Source: the human T2T-CHM13v2.0 reference genome, Homo sapiens. From it: 64,000 nt of DNA. The position numbers and the translations under genes were made by a program. The notes beneath the pieces were generated by a model. The model had not been told where the DNA came from and searched no databases. It saw only the letters and a list, made by a program, of their open reading frames with translations. The stretch lies in assembly GCF_009914755.1 (NCBI RefSeq), contig NC_060941.1. The stretch is one strand, 5' to 3'. The first letter of the stretch is position 1. Every line of letters starts with the position of its first letter. Shown piece after piece: positions 15,798 through 31,279 of the stretch.

Positions 15798-17509
15798 TAG
15801 TCGTGACAAGAGACACTGAAGACTTTCACAGGTGGTTAACGTCAAGCGCATGGATTACTTTCATTTCAGCTTACTGTCACAAAACTTTTTAAAATTCAAT
15901 AAACAGATTCACTCTGACCTAATATTAACTATGCATCAACTCTGTGCCTAGAATTATTTTAGATCTTTTCCATGTATGTTGCTAATTATACATTTACTAA
16001 ATATTAATAGAAAATCTTCTAAAGCCCTCTTTTGTTGACATCATGTGCCCAGTTACAGGTAAGAAAGAAATACGTTTATGCCAATCATTTAACCATCATC
16101 TCTACTTGGAGAAATCTGAATTACAAAGCACAGCTTTCACTGACCTGGGAAGGAGATCTACTTCTACTACAGAATGGATTGCATGAGTAGGAAAACCGGA
16201 AAGTTTCCCAGACGCTCCTAAAGTTATTGTTTGACTATTGTTTTTGTTGGGGTGAATTAATAGCCAACAAGGAACTGAGCAAAGTATTTTAAAATCAGCC
16301 AAAATATTTATTGAATTAATGAAGGGCCAGACACCTTGTCTGCTGGCTCTCCTTGGCTTTCCTCGTCAGAAGTCTGTAACATCCATAAGGCTGCATTTCC
16401 TCATGGAAAGCTTTTAATACTTCCTATATTCTGCACTATCCTTATACTTCCTATATCTGGCATTTTCTTTTAGCTTAAGTTTACCTTTTTTTAAAGAATA
16501 ATCTTCCTTGTGTCTAAGATAGCGTAAGTGGTTACTTCCCTTCCCCTGTCCACAGTTAAGGAGGCTCAATCACTGCTTCAACGTTGGGAGTGTCTGGAGG
16601 CACGTGGAACTTCTACGGTGCTAATCTGGTAATACTGTAACTCTTTTGATGCCAACAGCCCCTAAATGGAAGCTAAGAATGTGAGATGGCATCCCCAAGT
16701 GAAATATCAAAAGCTGCTCACTGGGGCCATCAATAATGTCTGCTCATTTTGGGATAGAGTGATTATGGTAAGGGAAAGGGAGCTAAATTTGGAAGGGTGT
16801 AAAGAAGACCTAAAGTAGGTGAAAGACATCAGCTATGGCCACTCTGCAAAGAGTTTTCATCTTTAAATGATGGTTGAGATATGGCATTTTACAGCTTTCT
16901 TCCTAGATTGTAATCAAGTTTCCTAAGACAATGTGAACCAAATTTCTTTTTATTTATACTTATTTCTAGTATACTGCTGTGGGGCTCAAAAAGGTTTTTA
17001 GTAAGTAAGGTAAGAGGGAACTGGAACTACTAAGAGATTCATTATTAAAATTTCTAAGTATTAAATGGGTCCACATTCAGAAACACAAATCAACACATGC
17101 TAAAGACAAACATGATTTGGATAATCTACTACTTTGCTTTAGCCAGCCAGTCCTTTTCCACTTGTGAAAATAACCAAGTATTTTCTATACTCAGGAATAC
17201 CAGACATCAGGAAGTGAACTAAGAGAATAAAAATGTAGTGGCAAAGAAAAGAGTCAAAAACTAAAAACAGATCAAATACATCAGGAAATGGAAAAAACAA
17301 ATAATTTTCCCTATTTTTTAGTCCCTGTAGCAGAAATTAAATCTCGTTTATTGCTAGATCTAACTGAGAGAGAAATTTGTGTAGGTAGATTGGTTGCCAA
17401 TTTAAGACAAATAGTATATTTTTTAAGTATCATCCCAACCATGACTGCATTCTGAGCTTCATAAGCCATTAAGAAAATCTTTAATTGTTCTAAAAAAATA
17501 GCTGTCCTC

Positions 17510-19115
17510 AATCTCTTCAATAAATGGTGTTAGGAAAACTGGATATTCATATATGGAAGAATGAAAATATAACTTTATCTCCCCTCTTAAAGAAGAATCA
17601 ATTAAAAATGGATTAAAGGCTTAAGCATAAGACCTGAACCTATAAAGCTACTAGAAGAAAACATGGGAAAAGCTCAATGACACTGGTCTGGGCAGTGATT
17701 TCTTGGATATAACCTTAAAAGCAAAGAGCAAAACCAAAAAAAAAAAAAGAGCAAAACCAGACAAATGGGATTGCATCAAACTAAAAAGTTCCTGCACCAC
17801 AAAGGAAACAATTAATGGAGTAAAGAGACAACCTACAGATTGGGAGAACATACCTACAAATTGTACTTTGGAAAGGGGCTAATATCCATAATATATAAGA
17901 AACTCAAACTACTCAATAATAAGAAAACAAATAAACTATCTATTTAAAAATGGGCAAAGGACTTGAATTGATATTTCTCAAGACATACAAGTGACCAATA
18001 CATATGAAAAACTGCTCATCTCTAATAATAAGAGAAATGCAAATTAAAACCAAAATGAGGTATCACCTCATACCTGTTAGACTGGCTATTATCAAAAAAA
18101 TGAGATAAGAAGTGTTAGAGACGATGTGGAGAAAAGGGAACCCTTGTACACTGTAGGTGGTATTATAAATTATACAGCCATTTTGGAAGACAGTATAGAG
18201 TTCTTCAAAAACTGAAAACAGAATTACCTTATGATCCAGCAATCCCACTACTGGATATATACATACCCAAAGGAATTAAAATCACTATGTCAAAGATCAG
18301 TCTGCACTCTCAATCACTGCACCATTATTCACAATAGCCAAGATATAGAAACAATCTAAGTTTTCATCAACAGAGGAATAGATTTTTAAAATGCGAAATA
18401 TATATATATAAAACAGAATACTATTTAGCTTTTATTTAAAAAAATAGGAAATTCTGTCATTTTTGATAACATGGATGAACCTAGAGGACATTATGCTAAG
18501 TAGAATAAGCCAGGCAGAGAGAGACAAATACCACATGACCACACTTACATGTGGAATCTAAAAAAGTCGAACTTAATAGAAGTAGAGAGTAGATGGTGGC
18601 TACCAGAGGCTGGAGACCAGGGGAGGATTGGATGGGGAACTGGGAGATGCTGGTCAACATGTACGAAGTTTCAGCTAGAGAGGAGGAAAAAGTCACAGCA
18701 GGGTGACTACAGTTAATAATAATGCATTGCATATTGAAAAATAGCTAAAGGAGCTATTTGTTTTTGTTTTTTTTTGTTTTTATTTTTGTTTTTCCAGAAA
18801 CAGGGTCCCACTCTGTTGCCCAGGCTGGAGTGCAGTGGCGTAATCATAGTTCACTATAGCTTCAAACTCCTGGGCTTGAGCAATCCTCCCACCTCAGCCT
18901 CCTGAGTAGCTAGGACTACAGGTGCGTGCCACAACACCAGCTAATCTAAAAGAGATGATTTTAACTGTCCTTATCACAAAGAAACGATAAATATTTCAGG
19001 TGACAGATATGCTAATTACTCTGATTCGACCAGTCCACAATGTATACATGTATCAAACATCACACTGTACCCCATAAATATAATTATTTGTAAATTAAAA
19101 ATAAAACAAGAAAAA
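17510..19115 (+). mobile_element. L1 (L1MA-like) ORF2 end and 3' UTR
   Basis: 'ctcttcaataaatggtg..', 'gatccagcaatcccact..', A-rich tail near 19100. Confidence 0.9.
18755..18945 (-). mobile_element. Alu right-arm fragment within L1MA
   Basis: Antisense Alu right monomer. Confidence 0.85.
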
Positions 19116-21185
19116 AAGAAAAGTGCCTGTCCTCTAGTTCAATCTTGCTCATTTAAGCAGTAAGCAGTTTCTCTAAGTGTCTATTAATATGACATTTCAA
19201 AAAAGTGAAAGAAAAACTAAGCTTATTTATAAATAATATTATTTACAAATCTTTACTTAAACAAGTCTTACATCTTCTGTGAATAAGATTTGAAACTAAA
19301 TAATGTGTGATTGAATAACTAAAACTACTAATATTCTTATTTTAAAATTCCAGGAAATACTTTGTCTCAAGATTTTGCTTATAATTCGTCTAAGTTTAAA
19401 AAGTCAAGGGTTTGGCCGGCGTGGCCAGTATATTTGGCAGAGACAGGGCTGAGGATTCGGCTGGATCACTGGGCTGGTGGTGGGGCCAGGGTAAGGATTC
19501 CACTGGTGCAGCTGGGTTGTCCAGCAGGGGAGGGGTCTAGGAAGTGGCCTGCATGGCAGGGGGAGTGGAAATTGGTGACATACAGGAAAACTGAGAAAAT
19601 AAGTATATATGTTGAGGATAATGGGAGCCCAGGTTTCTTCCTACCACAGAAAGAAATTACAAATATGAAAGAGGGAAGGTTAAAATAAACCCCATGGTGT
19701 TAGATTGAAATGGTAAATATCAATATGGTACCTGTCAATAAATAGACAAAGAAATAGATGTAGACACATGTATGTGTGTGTGTGCATTCCCCAACCCCCT
19801 TCCTAGCTCTGTTTGTAAGAGCAATGACACACCAATGGCAACAACCATATCTACCACCCAGTTCTTGATTTCTAAATGCTATACTAAAGGAAACGGCTGA
19901 ATCCATAATGGGGACACAGGAAATACAAGATGAACCTGGACTATCTTTATGAGCAGAAAATAAGGAAGTTCTCACAGAATGACAGACATGTCCAAAGGAT
20001 ACTGCAGCCAGCTGAAACGGACCTCCACTATCCAAATCTGGGATAGTTTATTGTGGAAAATAAGGAGAATCAATTCAGTTGTTGACTATCTGTTCTCAGT
20101 CTTGGCTGTGTGGTATACAGCTTGTACCCTGACCAGCCTTCTAGGAGACACATACCATTGATTACAAGGGAGAACAGACCAATGGGAATGAACTGGCACA
20201 AATTCATCACCACAAATGAACAAACAGCTCAAGTCTGTGCTCTTCTGACAGTATGATCATTTGTTTAAAGTACCTAATATGTAGATGCCTACACATCACC
20301 ACATATGTATATATTTTGCTAATAAGCTTCCTCTTTGGACACAGAGAAGCAACGCGTTTATTTATGCTTTGAGTACTTTATTATGTCAAGGTACTAACAG
20401 TTTGGATGCAGAGACAAATAGTTTCAATTGCTAATGCATTAAAAACATTTTTTCTAAGTTTTATTTTTAATATCAGCTAAAGAAAAAAATTTTTTTCTGG
20501 GAAATAACTTGTAAAACATGGTATCAATTAAGTTGGTCTTAAATTTTCCCTTTCTCAAATTCTGACTAATCTGACTAATCTGACAAAGATTAATCACTTA
20601 GGGAAGAAAAATATTTTTCACTGTTAAAAATCTGTGGTTAAGAGTTAGTTTGACTTTTAAAAATAATTTTCACATTGAAACAATTTCAAACTTAAAAGTT
20701 GTAAGAAGACCATTAAAAACTCCTAAATTTCATTCAGATGAATGCCCAATTGTTAATGTTTTCAAATTTGTCTTATTCTCATATACATGTATGTGTGTAT
20801 GTAGACCTATAACATATATATACATACAGATAAATTTCACTTGTTTATACAGATTATAATAATCTATTTCTGTGATCAACCAACTAATTTTAAACACAGA
20901 ATGATACATGATTTTGTTCTTCAAATGATGCTTCATCAAGTTAGGAAAGGTACCTGCTGGTCTAAAAAAGCTGGAGGTTTCATTTTGTCTTGGTTTTAGA
21001 TTTGGTGGCCAAATCGCACTATTACACACTAGTCCAGTAGCCAAACTGTCTATGGAAGTTAGGCAGGCAAAGATAAGTGGAAAAGGAAAGAAGTCAGTCA
21101 AACAGGGCATGGTGAGGGCTGTGAGAAGCATGAGCCCTGTATAAAGTAAGCAGCTGTTAACTCTAGCAGACAGTTCCCATTCTGA

Positions 21186-21516
<331 letters not shown>

Positions 21517-22096
21517 CAGAACTTCCAATTTTTCAAGAAAAGCTGGAAATATGTATTTTAAAAGGATGTTATCCTATTTTAAAACCAAACTAATGTTTAC
21601 AAATCATGAAATTGGTTTGGGAAAAAAATCATCTATAGCTTATATACATCGCACTATCAGCTGACAGGTGTAATAATCATTCCCAGTTAATTTCTGGTCA
21701 TGACTAATCTGAAAGTTCTAACAACATAAATAGGCAATACACACTTTGCAAAACAATGAAAAAATAATGACCCTAACCCCAAGGATCCTGCAGTCAATTC
21801 TCTTGCGAAGGAAGTGATGCAATATAAACTACACTCTTGCTGGCAAGGATTGATTCCATATTACAAAACAACATCTGCAAAGCAGAGCTTTTAAAGGAAT
21901 CTTACAGAGTAGTCCCACTTATAAAGAATCTAATCCAAACACAGTAATTACCAGGAAATTTGTAATGATTCAAGAGAACAAAGACTTTTGTTTTTAAATT
22001 TTGTAAATTGTTTTAAAAAAGAAGACAAGCAAGGAAGTTCCCTTTGCATTCAAAGGCTGAATGGAAGATTTATCTAGTAATACTAGTATTTATATG

Positions 22097-22425
22097 CAGT
22101 CATCCCTTGATACCAGCAGAGGGTTGGTTCCAGGACCTCTTGTGGATAGCAGAATTCTTGGATGCTCAAGTTCCTGACATAAAATGGCATAGTATTCGCA
22201 TATAACCTATGCACATCCTCCTGTATACTTTAAATCATCTCCAGATACTTATAATGCCCAATACTATGCAAACACGATGTAAACAGTTGTTATACTATAT
22301 TTTGGGGGAATGATGACCCAAAAAAGTCTGTACATGTTCAGTACAGATGTAGATTTCCAAATACTTTCTATTAGCAGTTGATTGAATCCACAGATGCAGG
22401 ACACATAGATATAGAGGGCTCTAAT
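22097..22425 (+). mobile_element. MER2-like Tigger-family DNA transposon
   Basis: 'ttggttccaggacc', 'ggatgctcaagttcct', 'gcatataacctatgcacatcctcc'; strand nominal. Confidence 0.75.
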
Positions 22426-23049
22426 AGTATGACTAACACTAACTAGTATGACTAGGGTTTACTTTGGAGTTTACAGGAATATACTAAAATTATTAATAAA
22501 ACTTATGCAATTTTTATTTTTAAATATTGTCCTTTAAGAACTATTTGAAGACCCACCATCTCCATAAGGCTTTTCTTGACACCTCTAGCCTGGAGTGATC
22601 TTTCTCCCTCCACTGGACTTTCAGGACAATTACTGTCTCTACAATTTATTTGCCAATTAATTGGATGTTGCACTGGGGCATCTCATCTATTACCCTTTTA
22701 AGCAATTAAATGTTTCACTGCTATCTAGTATTTTAAATGCTTCTACATTTGTTTATATTCTCTAATAGTTCCTAGAACAGTGTTATTTCAAGGGTTCCAG
22801 TCTGCAAACTGTCTGTTGCTTGGTCTGTGATAAGTAAGGAAATAAAGAGTTTAGTAACTTTTACGACAATTTGACATTACAGTGGCAGCCAAGAGCAAGA
22901 TTAGTGGACTCATTTTATTCAATAAAGTATAGAGCAGTCTGGATGCTATCAAACTCACATGGTGAGGTTGCATGATGAGGTCCTGTATGATACAAGCTGG
23001 ATTGGTCACACACAGTCTGACCATGTTACAAAGTGTCATATTTAAGGGT

Positions 23050-23381
23050 ATTATACAAACTCTTAACTCAAAATATTATTTGCACTGTATTAAGAGGTAG
23101 GGCCTTTGGGAGGTGATTAGATTATAAGGGTTCTACCCCCATGAATAGAATTAGTGCTCTTATAAAAATGGCTTGAGGGAGCTTGCTTGCCCCTTCTGTC
23201 ATGTAAGGACACAGCAAAAAGGCACCAGCTATGACGAATGGATCCCAACAGACACCAAATCTGCTATCAATATCTTGATCTTGGACTTTCCAAATTCCAG
23301 AACTGTGAGCAATACATTTCTGTTGCTTATAAGTTGCTGAGTTTAAGGTATTTTGGTATAGCAGCCCAAACAAACTAAGAC
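23050..23381 (+). mobile_element. MaLR LTR (MST/MLT1A-like)
   Basis: 'ggcctttgggaggtgattag', 'cttgatcttggactttcc', ends 'actaagaca'. Confidence 0.8.
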
Positions 23382-24011
23382 ATTAGGGAAATAAAAAGTA
23401 CATTATTTATTTTTAATCCTAATTTGGTTTCACGCCTAATCCTTTGCAAAATAAGCTTTATGGACTCCTTTGTCTCCAAAATACATGTATTTTCTGAGTG
23501 TACAGTCATTGCAAACCAAATTATGGTGAAGGAAGCAGGTTCAGAGAAATGAAGACCAAAAGAGATTGTACTAGCTGTTACTTGGAGGTGTGATTTCCTC
23601 ACATATTGAGTTTGGTTTTGAAGCCAAAACCGATGGAGAAGTGTGTTATTTGCAGAGATGACTAATGAAGCAATCAAACCATCAAAATTAGACAGCATTT
23701 ATATATAAAACAAACATTACTTCAAGGCCAAAATAATTCTCTGAAAAAAAAAAAATGATAGCTTTAAAAGCTGATGTTTACAGGATAGTCTAACCCTGAT
23801 CAAGGCAGCTCATTCAGGTTGGGCTGGTTCAAAGAAGCACTGCTCTTGGATCTGAATTCTGGAAGAGCTTTTTCAAAGATTACGTGTTCCTTCCTAGAGT
23901 TACTCTCTGATAGACACAGGACCTCAAGCCACATCTTTAGGGCTTTTCACCATCTTTATTCTCAGGTTATCTGCAACTTCAACGAATAAACTGCCTTCTG
24001 GGGTTTGATGA

Positions 24012-24357
<346 letters not shown>

Positions 24358-24509
24358 GTAACCTTATCACACCATACCTAAGGTGTTATGTTGTTTGTTT
24401 TTCAATTAGAATTTAAATTTATTTTTTAAATGTATATTTAATATGTATCCCATTTGTAAATTAGAATGTTTAGCTTTGTAGAAATAGTCATTAATCTGTG
24501 AAAAGTGAA

Positions 24510-24748
24510 TCTTCAGCCTTAACTTCCCGGGCTCAAGTGATTCTCTCACCTCAGCCTCCTAAGTAGCTGGGGACTACAGGTGCATGCCAGCACGCCCAGC
24601 TGATCTTTTAAATTTTTAAAAAATTTTCACTAGAGACAAGGTCTCACTATGTTACCCAGACTGGCCTTGAACTCCTGAGCTGAAACAATCCTCCTGCCTC
24701 AGCCTCCCGAAGTGCAGGTATTACAGGTATAAGCCACCATGAATGGCC
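24510..24748 (-). mobile_element. Alu (AluJ-like), 3'-truncated
   Basis: Antisense Alu lacking tail. Confidence 0.88.
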
Positions 24749-26199
24749 AAACCTCCACATTTTGAATATCTAAAGAGATTAATAATAAATCTTCCGAGTA
24801 AGGATTATGTCATCTGTTACTAGGTTTTTATAGCTCCAAGGGTGTTTGGCTTTCCAAGGTGTTGCTAGTCTGTTCCTTGCTTGTTCACCATGAATGAATT
24901 ACTTATTTCTTTGCCTGCCCTTTAGTTCCAGCATATTCAGGAAAGGAGTGGTGCAGAGTCAACAGTGAATGGCATTTCCTATTTTACAAAACTGGCAACA
25001 CGTAAGCCTTAACTAAATAACATAGGATGTATAAATAAAAATGTAGGTGAATTTGGCAATTCTCTTTGGTCTATACATATTATATACACACATAAATAGG
25101 CTATAAGTTAATTTCACTTAAGGTGAAATAACAGTTGCACAACTCAGATTTCTCAAACTTGAATTTATTTTCATGGAGGATTTCACAAAGTCAATTTAAA
25201 CCAGATTGGAAAAAACTCACAAAAATTAATACACAATAATCCTACTATTTTAATATGTATGAATAAAAGGTAAAGACTATACTATAGTGTTTAAAGCAGT
25301 TTAAACACTTTATTACAGTAAAAATTACAGTAAAAATATTTAAACAGGGTAACCTTAGTTCCACTCTCTAGAGGTTCCTATTGTTAACTTATATATTCTT
25401 CCATAAAACTTTATGTTCCTATACCCTATGTATATACATATTTAAAACAAAATTATATATAATATGTAAAATATACACTGTATCTTACGTGTCATATTAA
25501 TATATCTTGTCTGTATGTGATATATATCATATAATCTGATCTACATGTTTTTCTCAATTAGGATGTCTTAAATACTAAAGGTAACATTAGCAGTAAATAG
25601 TAAAGCAGGCTTATATCCCAAACATTTCATCTGTTCTCCCACACTTCTGCGGGAGTTAGGCAAGGCCATGCTATTAGCTCTGCCCGGCAGGCTGTGGGAT
25701 ACACACACACTTCTGGGCCAAAGCACAGAAAAGCTGGTGTGCACATGCTTTGGTGACTGAGGAACCTCTGTGTTTGAGATGGCAGAGCCACAAGATCAAA
25801 GCAGCTTGCGTGCTCAGGGATTGCCTGGAGAGTCCCCTGGATTGACAGAAAAGTTTATGTGACTGAGAAATAAGCCTTCTTACATTAAAGCCACTGAGAC
25901 TTTGGGGTTGTTTGTAACTCTAGCATAACCTACCCTATCTTAATCAGCAACCCTTTCACATTACCATATTTGCATACCTCATTTTCCTAAATAACAGCAT
26001 AGATATGTTATAATTGAGATGTCAGCCCCTACTGATGTACTTTTAGGTTGCTCCTGCTTTTGTGGTTGCTATTGTTACTACAAACAATGTTATCATTAAC
26101 ATCACCTTACCCACAATTTTCCTAACCCAAACAAGCATTTCTGTGGGGGAAAATTTCTTCAAGTGAGAACTGATGGGTCATAGAATACTAAATTTGATG

Positions 26200-26457
26200 T
26201 TTTGGAAGGCCAAGGTGGGAGGATTGTTTGAGGTCAGGAGTTCAAGATCAGCCTGGGCAACATAGTAAAACCTTGTCTCCGCAAAAAAATTTAAAAATTA
26301 CCCAGGCATGGTGGTGCATGCCTGTGGTCCTAGTTACTCAGGGGGCTGAGGCAGGAGGATTGCTTGAGCCCAGGAGTACGAGGCTGCAGTGAGATATGAT
26401 CATGCCACTGCACTCCAGCTTGGATGAGAGCCTGTCTCTTTAAAAAAAAAAAAAAAA
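26200..26457 (+). mobile_element. Alu (AluJ-like), 5'-truncated
   Basis: Alu body with A tail; TAAATTTGA on both flanks. Confidence 0.9.
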
Positions 26458-26616
26458 GTAAATTTGAAAGAAATATTTAAGTAATACGTCAATAATCAGA
26501 ATTCAAAAGATATAAAAGGAATGCAGTAAAAGTTTTCCCTCACAGCTTATCCCAGAACTTCCAGTGCTTTTATCCGACTATAACCAATGCTATCGATTTC
26601 TAATGTATTCTGAGCA

Positions 26617-26991
26617 CTATGAATGGAATATTTGTGTCCCACCCCCTGCCACGCCAAAATTCATACATTGAAATCTAACTCCTAATGTGATGGTATTTGG
26701 AGAGGGGGCCTTTGGGGTTAACCAGGTCATCAAGGGTAGAGCCCTCATGAATGAGACTAGTGCCCTTACAGGAAGAGGCCACAGAGCTAACATACTCTTT
26801 TTCCACCATGTAATAATACAATGAGAGGGTGGCAGTCTGCAACCCAGCAGAGGTCACTCACAAAAACTCAACTATGTCAGCACCCTAATATTGGACTTCC
26901 TGGCCTCCAGAACTGTCAGAAATAAATTTCTGCCATTTATAAGCTACCTACTTTATGATATTTTGTTAGAGCAGCCTGAAAGACTAAGACA
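26617..26991 (+). mobile_element. MaLR solo LTR (MLT1A-like)
   Basis: 'aaaattcatacattgaaatc', 'ttggacttcctggcctccagaactgt', ends 'gactaagaca'. Confidence 0.8.
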
Positions 26992-27189
26992 TTGAGAAAT
27001 TTTGTATGCAAATTTTATGCCTTTAGGTATAGCCATACGTATATATGTAAACATGTGTACGTATACGTACATATAAATACACACATGCACACACATATGT
27101 ATATTTAGGGTAGATTTGAGAGATATTTCTAAATTGTATCTCAAAGAAAATGCCTGCTCTCCCACACCCCCTCCTAGGGCTGTTTTTAT

Positions 27190-27499
27190 TCATTTTTGTT
27201 TTTGATAAAAAAAAAAAAAAAAAAACTGTCACCCATCCTGGAGTGCAGTTGTGCAATCATAAGCTCACTGCAGCCCCAAATTCCTGAGCTCAAGCAATCA
27301 TCCCACCTCAGCCTCCTGAGCTGCTAAGACTACAGGCATGTGTCACCACACCCAACTAAATTTTTTTGTTTTTTATTCTATAGACATGGGGGTCTTGTTA
27401 TGTTGCCCAGGCTGGTCTTGCACTCCTGGCCTCAAGCAATCTTCCCCACTTGGCCTTCCAAAGTGTTGGAATTACAGGCATGAGCCACTGTATCTGGCC
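27190..27499 (-). mobile_element. Alu (AluJ-like)
   Basis: Antisense Alu with anomalous A-tract near its 3' end. Confidence 0.88.
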
Positions 27500-27505
27500 T
27501 AGGCC

Positions 27506-27813
27506 TTTTTTTTTTTTTTTTTTCTTTTTCTGAGACAGAGTCTTGCTCTGTTGCCCAGGCTGGAGGGCAGTGGCGTGTTCTTGGCTCACTGCAGCCTCCA
27601 CTTGCTGGGTTCACACGATTCTCACACCTCAGCTTCCCATATAGCTGGGATTACAGGCATGTGCCACTATGCCTGGCTGATTTTTGTATTTTTGGTAGAG
27701 ACAGGGTTTTACCATGTTGGCCAAGCTGGTCTCAAACTCCTGGCCTCAATTAATCTGCCTGTCTTGGCCTCCCAAAGTGCTGGGATTATAGGTGTAAGCC
27801 ACTGTGCCCAGCC
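27506..27813 (-). mobile_element. Alu (AluS-like)
   Basis: Antisense full Alu in tandem with previous one. Confidence 0.93.
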
Positions 27814-28554
27814 ATTGGGCTGTTTTTAAAATAAGGGGCACTCATGCAGAGTTTCTGTGCTCAGCAATAATAGCAACTGCTAATACTTGGACAGGCCTTT
27901 TGCATCATCTTATTAGAAGGGGTCCAACTATAATTGTCAGGTGAGCTAATAATCTATACAGTATTTGCAGTACAAATTCACAATGATCAATGATCTGCTT
28001 CTCTAAAGACAGGCAAAAACTAATTAATGCTTCCTCTATACCTAAAGGCAGTGGGAAAGGGCTAAGTAAAGGGTGAAGGGAAAAGGCCAGGACAAAGCAA
28101 AAGCAGTGGCATGCAGGTGACCTTGACAGGCATGAGCAGGAAGCAGCCAGGAGAATGATGTGGCTGAAAGGTGTACATGAACACTGGGGAGAAGTGGCAA
28201 AGGGGAGGAAGTAGTGGGTAGCCAGAGCCAGGAACCAATGTGACAAGGGACTATATATGAAGGGTGAGGAAGCTGCAGAGAAGAGCACCCAGACAGCAGA
28301 CAGGGAGGCTGAGAAAGGGAGGAGAGAGTAGGTGGCAAGAGAAACAGAAGCGCAGATACAAAGAGTTCTAAGGGTGACCCTGAAGTTCAGAGTTCACAGA
28401 CTCAGAAAAGGTACAGATGGTTGGGTGTCCTGTGTCAGAATGTGCTGGAGGATTTCCCCTGGTAATTTAGGTCTAAATAGCAAATGATTGAAAATTCCTG
28501 ATCTCTGTTTCTCATGTTTATACTTTTGGGGAACCATAAGGTTAAGTCCGTAAC

Positions 28555-28836
28555 TTTTTTTTTTTTTTTTGAGACAGAGTCTCGCTCTATTGCCCAGGCT
28601 GGAGTGCAATGGCGTGATCCTGGCTCACCGCAATCTCTGCCTCCTGGGTTCAAGGATTCTCCAGCCTCAGCCTCCCAAGTAGCTGGGATTACAGGCACCC
28701 ACCACCATGCTCGGCTAATTTTTATATTTTTAGTAGAGACGGGGTTTCACCATGTTGGCCAGGCTGGTTTCGAACTCCTGACCTCAAGTGATCTGCCTGC
28801 CTCGGCCTCCCACAGTGCTGGGATTACAGGCGTGAG
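28555..28836 (-). mobile_element. Alu (AluSx/Sq-like)
   Basis: Antisense Alu, slightly 5'-truncated, TAACTTTT on both flanks. Confidence 0.93.
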
Positions 28837-29687
28837 AAATCTAACTTTTAATATGCCTTTAAATAACTCTGTCCACTTATCACAATTTCCTCGGCTTAGG
28901 ATAAATCTATTCTGTTTGAGGAGTTGTCTTTTTTTTTGGTAATTTAATATTTATGAGTCTTTTAAAAAGTAGATTAAATTATCTGGCCTTTTAAATTCTG
29001 AATTAATTTTAATGGGTTTAGGTTATTTGCCTTATGGCATTACACTGAAACCTTGGCAGACAGACAGCAATTGTAGCAACGGCTTCACCAAAAGTGAGTG
29101 TATTCCTTAAGAAGAGAGGGAGAAGGCTATCAGCCTGAGAGGCACCAAAGGATGAGGAAGACTTGAAAAAGACTGGGAGACACCATCAATAATGAAGAAA
29201 AGAGGAAGGAGCAGTTTCTGCTCTCAAAAGGGCATCTACATTTCCAGTTCAGACATTTCTTCCAACTGCCTATAGGATATTTCAACTAGGATGTCTCACT
29301 AGGCATCCCAGACTCAATGCATTTAAAACATAACTCAAGTAAACCTCTACCAGTCAAACCTACTCATCCTGTTGTCTTCCTCATCTCCATGAATGGCTAT
29401 CCACTTAGCCAAAAAGAAACTGGAAGTCAAGTGAGGCCTTTCTTCCCCTCCCTATGTCCAGTCAATGAGGATGCATGCTGCATCTCCCAAATCCATCCCC
29501 GCTACTCCAGCCCCAATCCTTGGTCTGAGTTGATTTTCTACAGTACTTACTACCTAGTTTTCCCTAACTTCAATGTGACTACTAATTCTTCTTCATTTTT
29601 ATATCTTTTACTTCTAATCATGAAATATTTCAAACCTTGTAGTAGACACTGTATGCCCTCTAGCCACATTTATCTCCCAACCCTCAC

Positions 29688-29718
<31 letters not shown>

Positions 29719-31279
29719 GCCAGGAGGGCTCTGATGCTGCTCAGGTGTTCATCCCTCACCAAGCCATGTGTTCCAGAAATGGAATGCTATCCCCAGCTCC
29801 AAGAGAATGGATCTTGGTTAGTCTAAGGTAAAGCTGGGAATTCCAGTCCTCTTGTCATTGATGAGATTAGGAAGCTTTTCTTGGATCTGAGTAAAGATGT
29901 GGGGCAATCCTTTTTGAAAGCTGTCATATGCACGTGTTGCCTGAGTTTTCATCTTGAGTTGAGGAGAGCCAGTCTAAAAGGACAAGTCAAAATGCTGAGG
30001 AAATGGAAGGCACCTGGGTCCTTGAAAACATAACTGAGCAACTGAATTATCCAACCCAGGACCCATTCTACTACTACACTTCTTGTTATGGGAGAGAAAT
30101 AACTTTCCTTGTAGTTTGTCACTTTTATTTGGGTTTTTCTATTACTACTTGTAGCCAACACATTCTGCTATAAAAAGAGATAAGCTTGCCTTAATAGGGA
30201 AGTTGATAAGTTTAGTTTTGAATTCTGAGTTTGAGTTTACTTTTCCAAATGGAAACAAGATCAAAGGATGGATGAGAGGACAGGAGTGCAGAAATTCAAG
30301 AATTGGTACAGAAGGGATATTGAGGGCTACACAGAAGTGGCTGAAGTCATCAGGTATGATTATGACTCAAAATGGCAAACAATTATTCAGTGTTTTTTAT
30401 GTGCTAGGCACAATTTCAAATGTACTACAAGAATTATCTCTTTTATTCTCACAGTTCTAAGAGTTTCTCTTCCTATTTTACATATGGTAAAAAATGAGGA
30501 CAAGAGAGGTCTAGTAACTTGCAAAAGGTTACAAAGGTCAGGGGTGATAGAGCCACAGTTCAAACCCAGCAGTCTGACAGCAGAGTAAATGCTCTTAACT
30601 CTTTATGTTGTGTTACCTACACTTAAGTTAGAGGAAGTCAGGATGAAACATGAGAGTAATAAGCCTTCCAAGTGAGGGAACTGGAGAGACAAGTAGAGTA
30701 CCAGGTCAAGGGAAGGAGTACTGACCTTGAGATATAGCCTGTGGGGTTCTGGGTAGGACAACGGAGAGGACTGCAGAAGTTCCAGCAGACACTGGGCACC
30801 AACTTCACCTGCTGCACAGTTTTGCTTAGAAACAGCAGCATGTTATAACACATTCAGCTTCCTTGCCTTAACAAAGCACTAAGTCACTTACAAATAGGAA
30901 AATAATATTTATTGAGTACCTACAAAATGCCAAGCACTAGACTAGGTAGAGACTTTATATGTATAGGCCATTTAATTCTCACAATCACCTTAACCATAAT
31001 GGCGACATTAACTTTTCATGAACAATTTTGCCAAGCAAATATAACTTATACACATGGAGTCATCCACACCCATCATCCAATCCATTGGCAAATCTTGTTA
31101 GTTCAATCTTCAACAACTATCCAGCATTCAATCATTTCTCCTATAAACGGTCTTCACTGATGATTTCCCAATATGTGAAAAGATACTCTGGCACTGACTT
31201 CAGTCTCTTCTTTATTATATCCTCAAATATCACTCTACAGACAAGTCTGAAAAAAGACTAGGTTCTTACACAACCTATT

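Noticed and set aside
17723-17759. AAAGAGCAAAACCA repeated around an A run (possible solo poly(A) insertion)
   Set aside because: Cannot be distinguished from slippage in an A-rich L1 segment.
21811-21823. ETS plus C/EBP-ATF composite motif GAAGTGATGCAAT
   Set aside because: A 9-mer is expected by chance in 64 kb (TGATGCAAT recurs near 49743); no supporting context.
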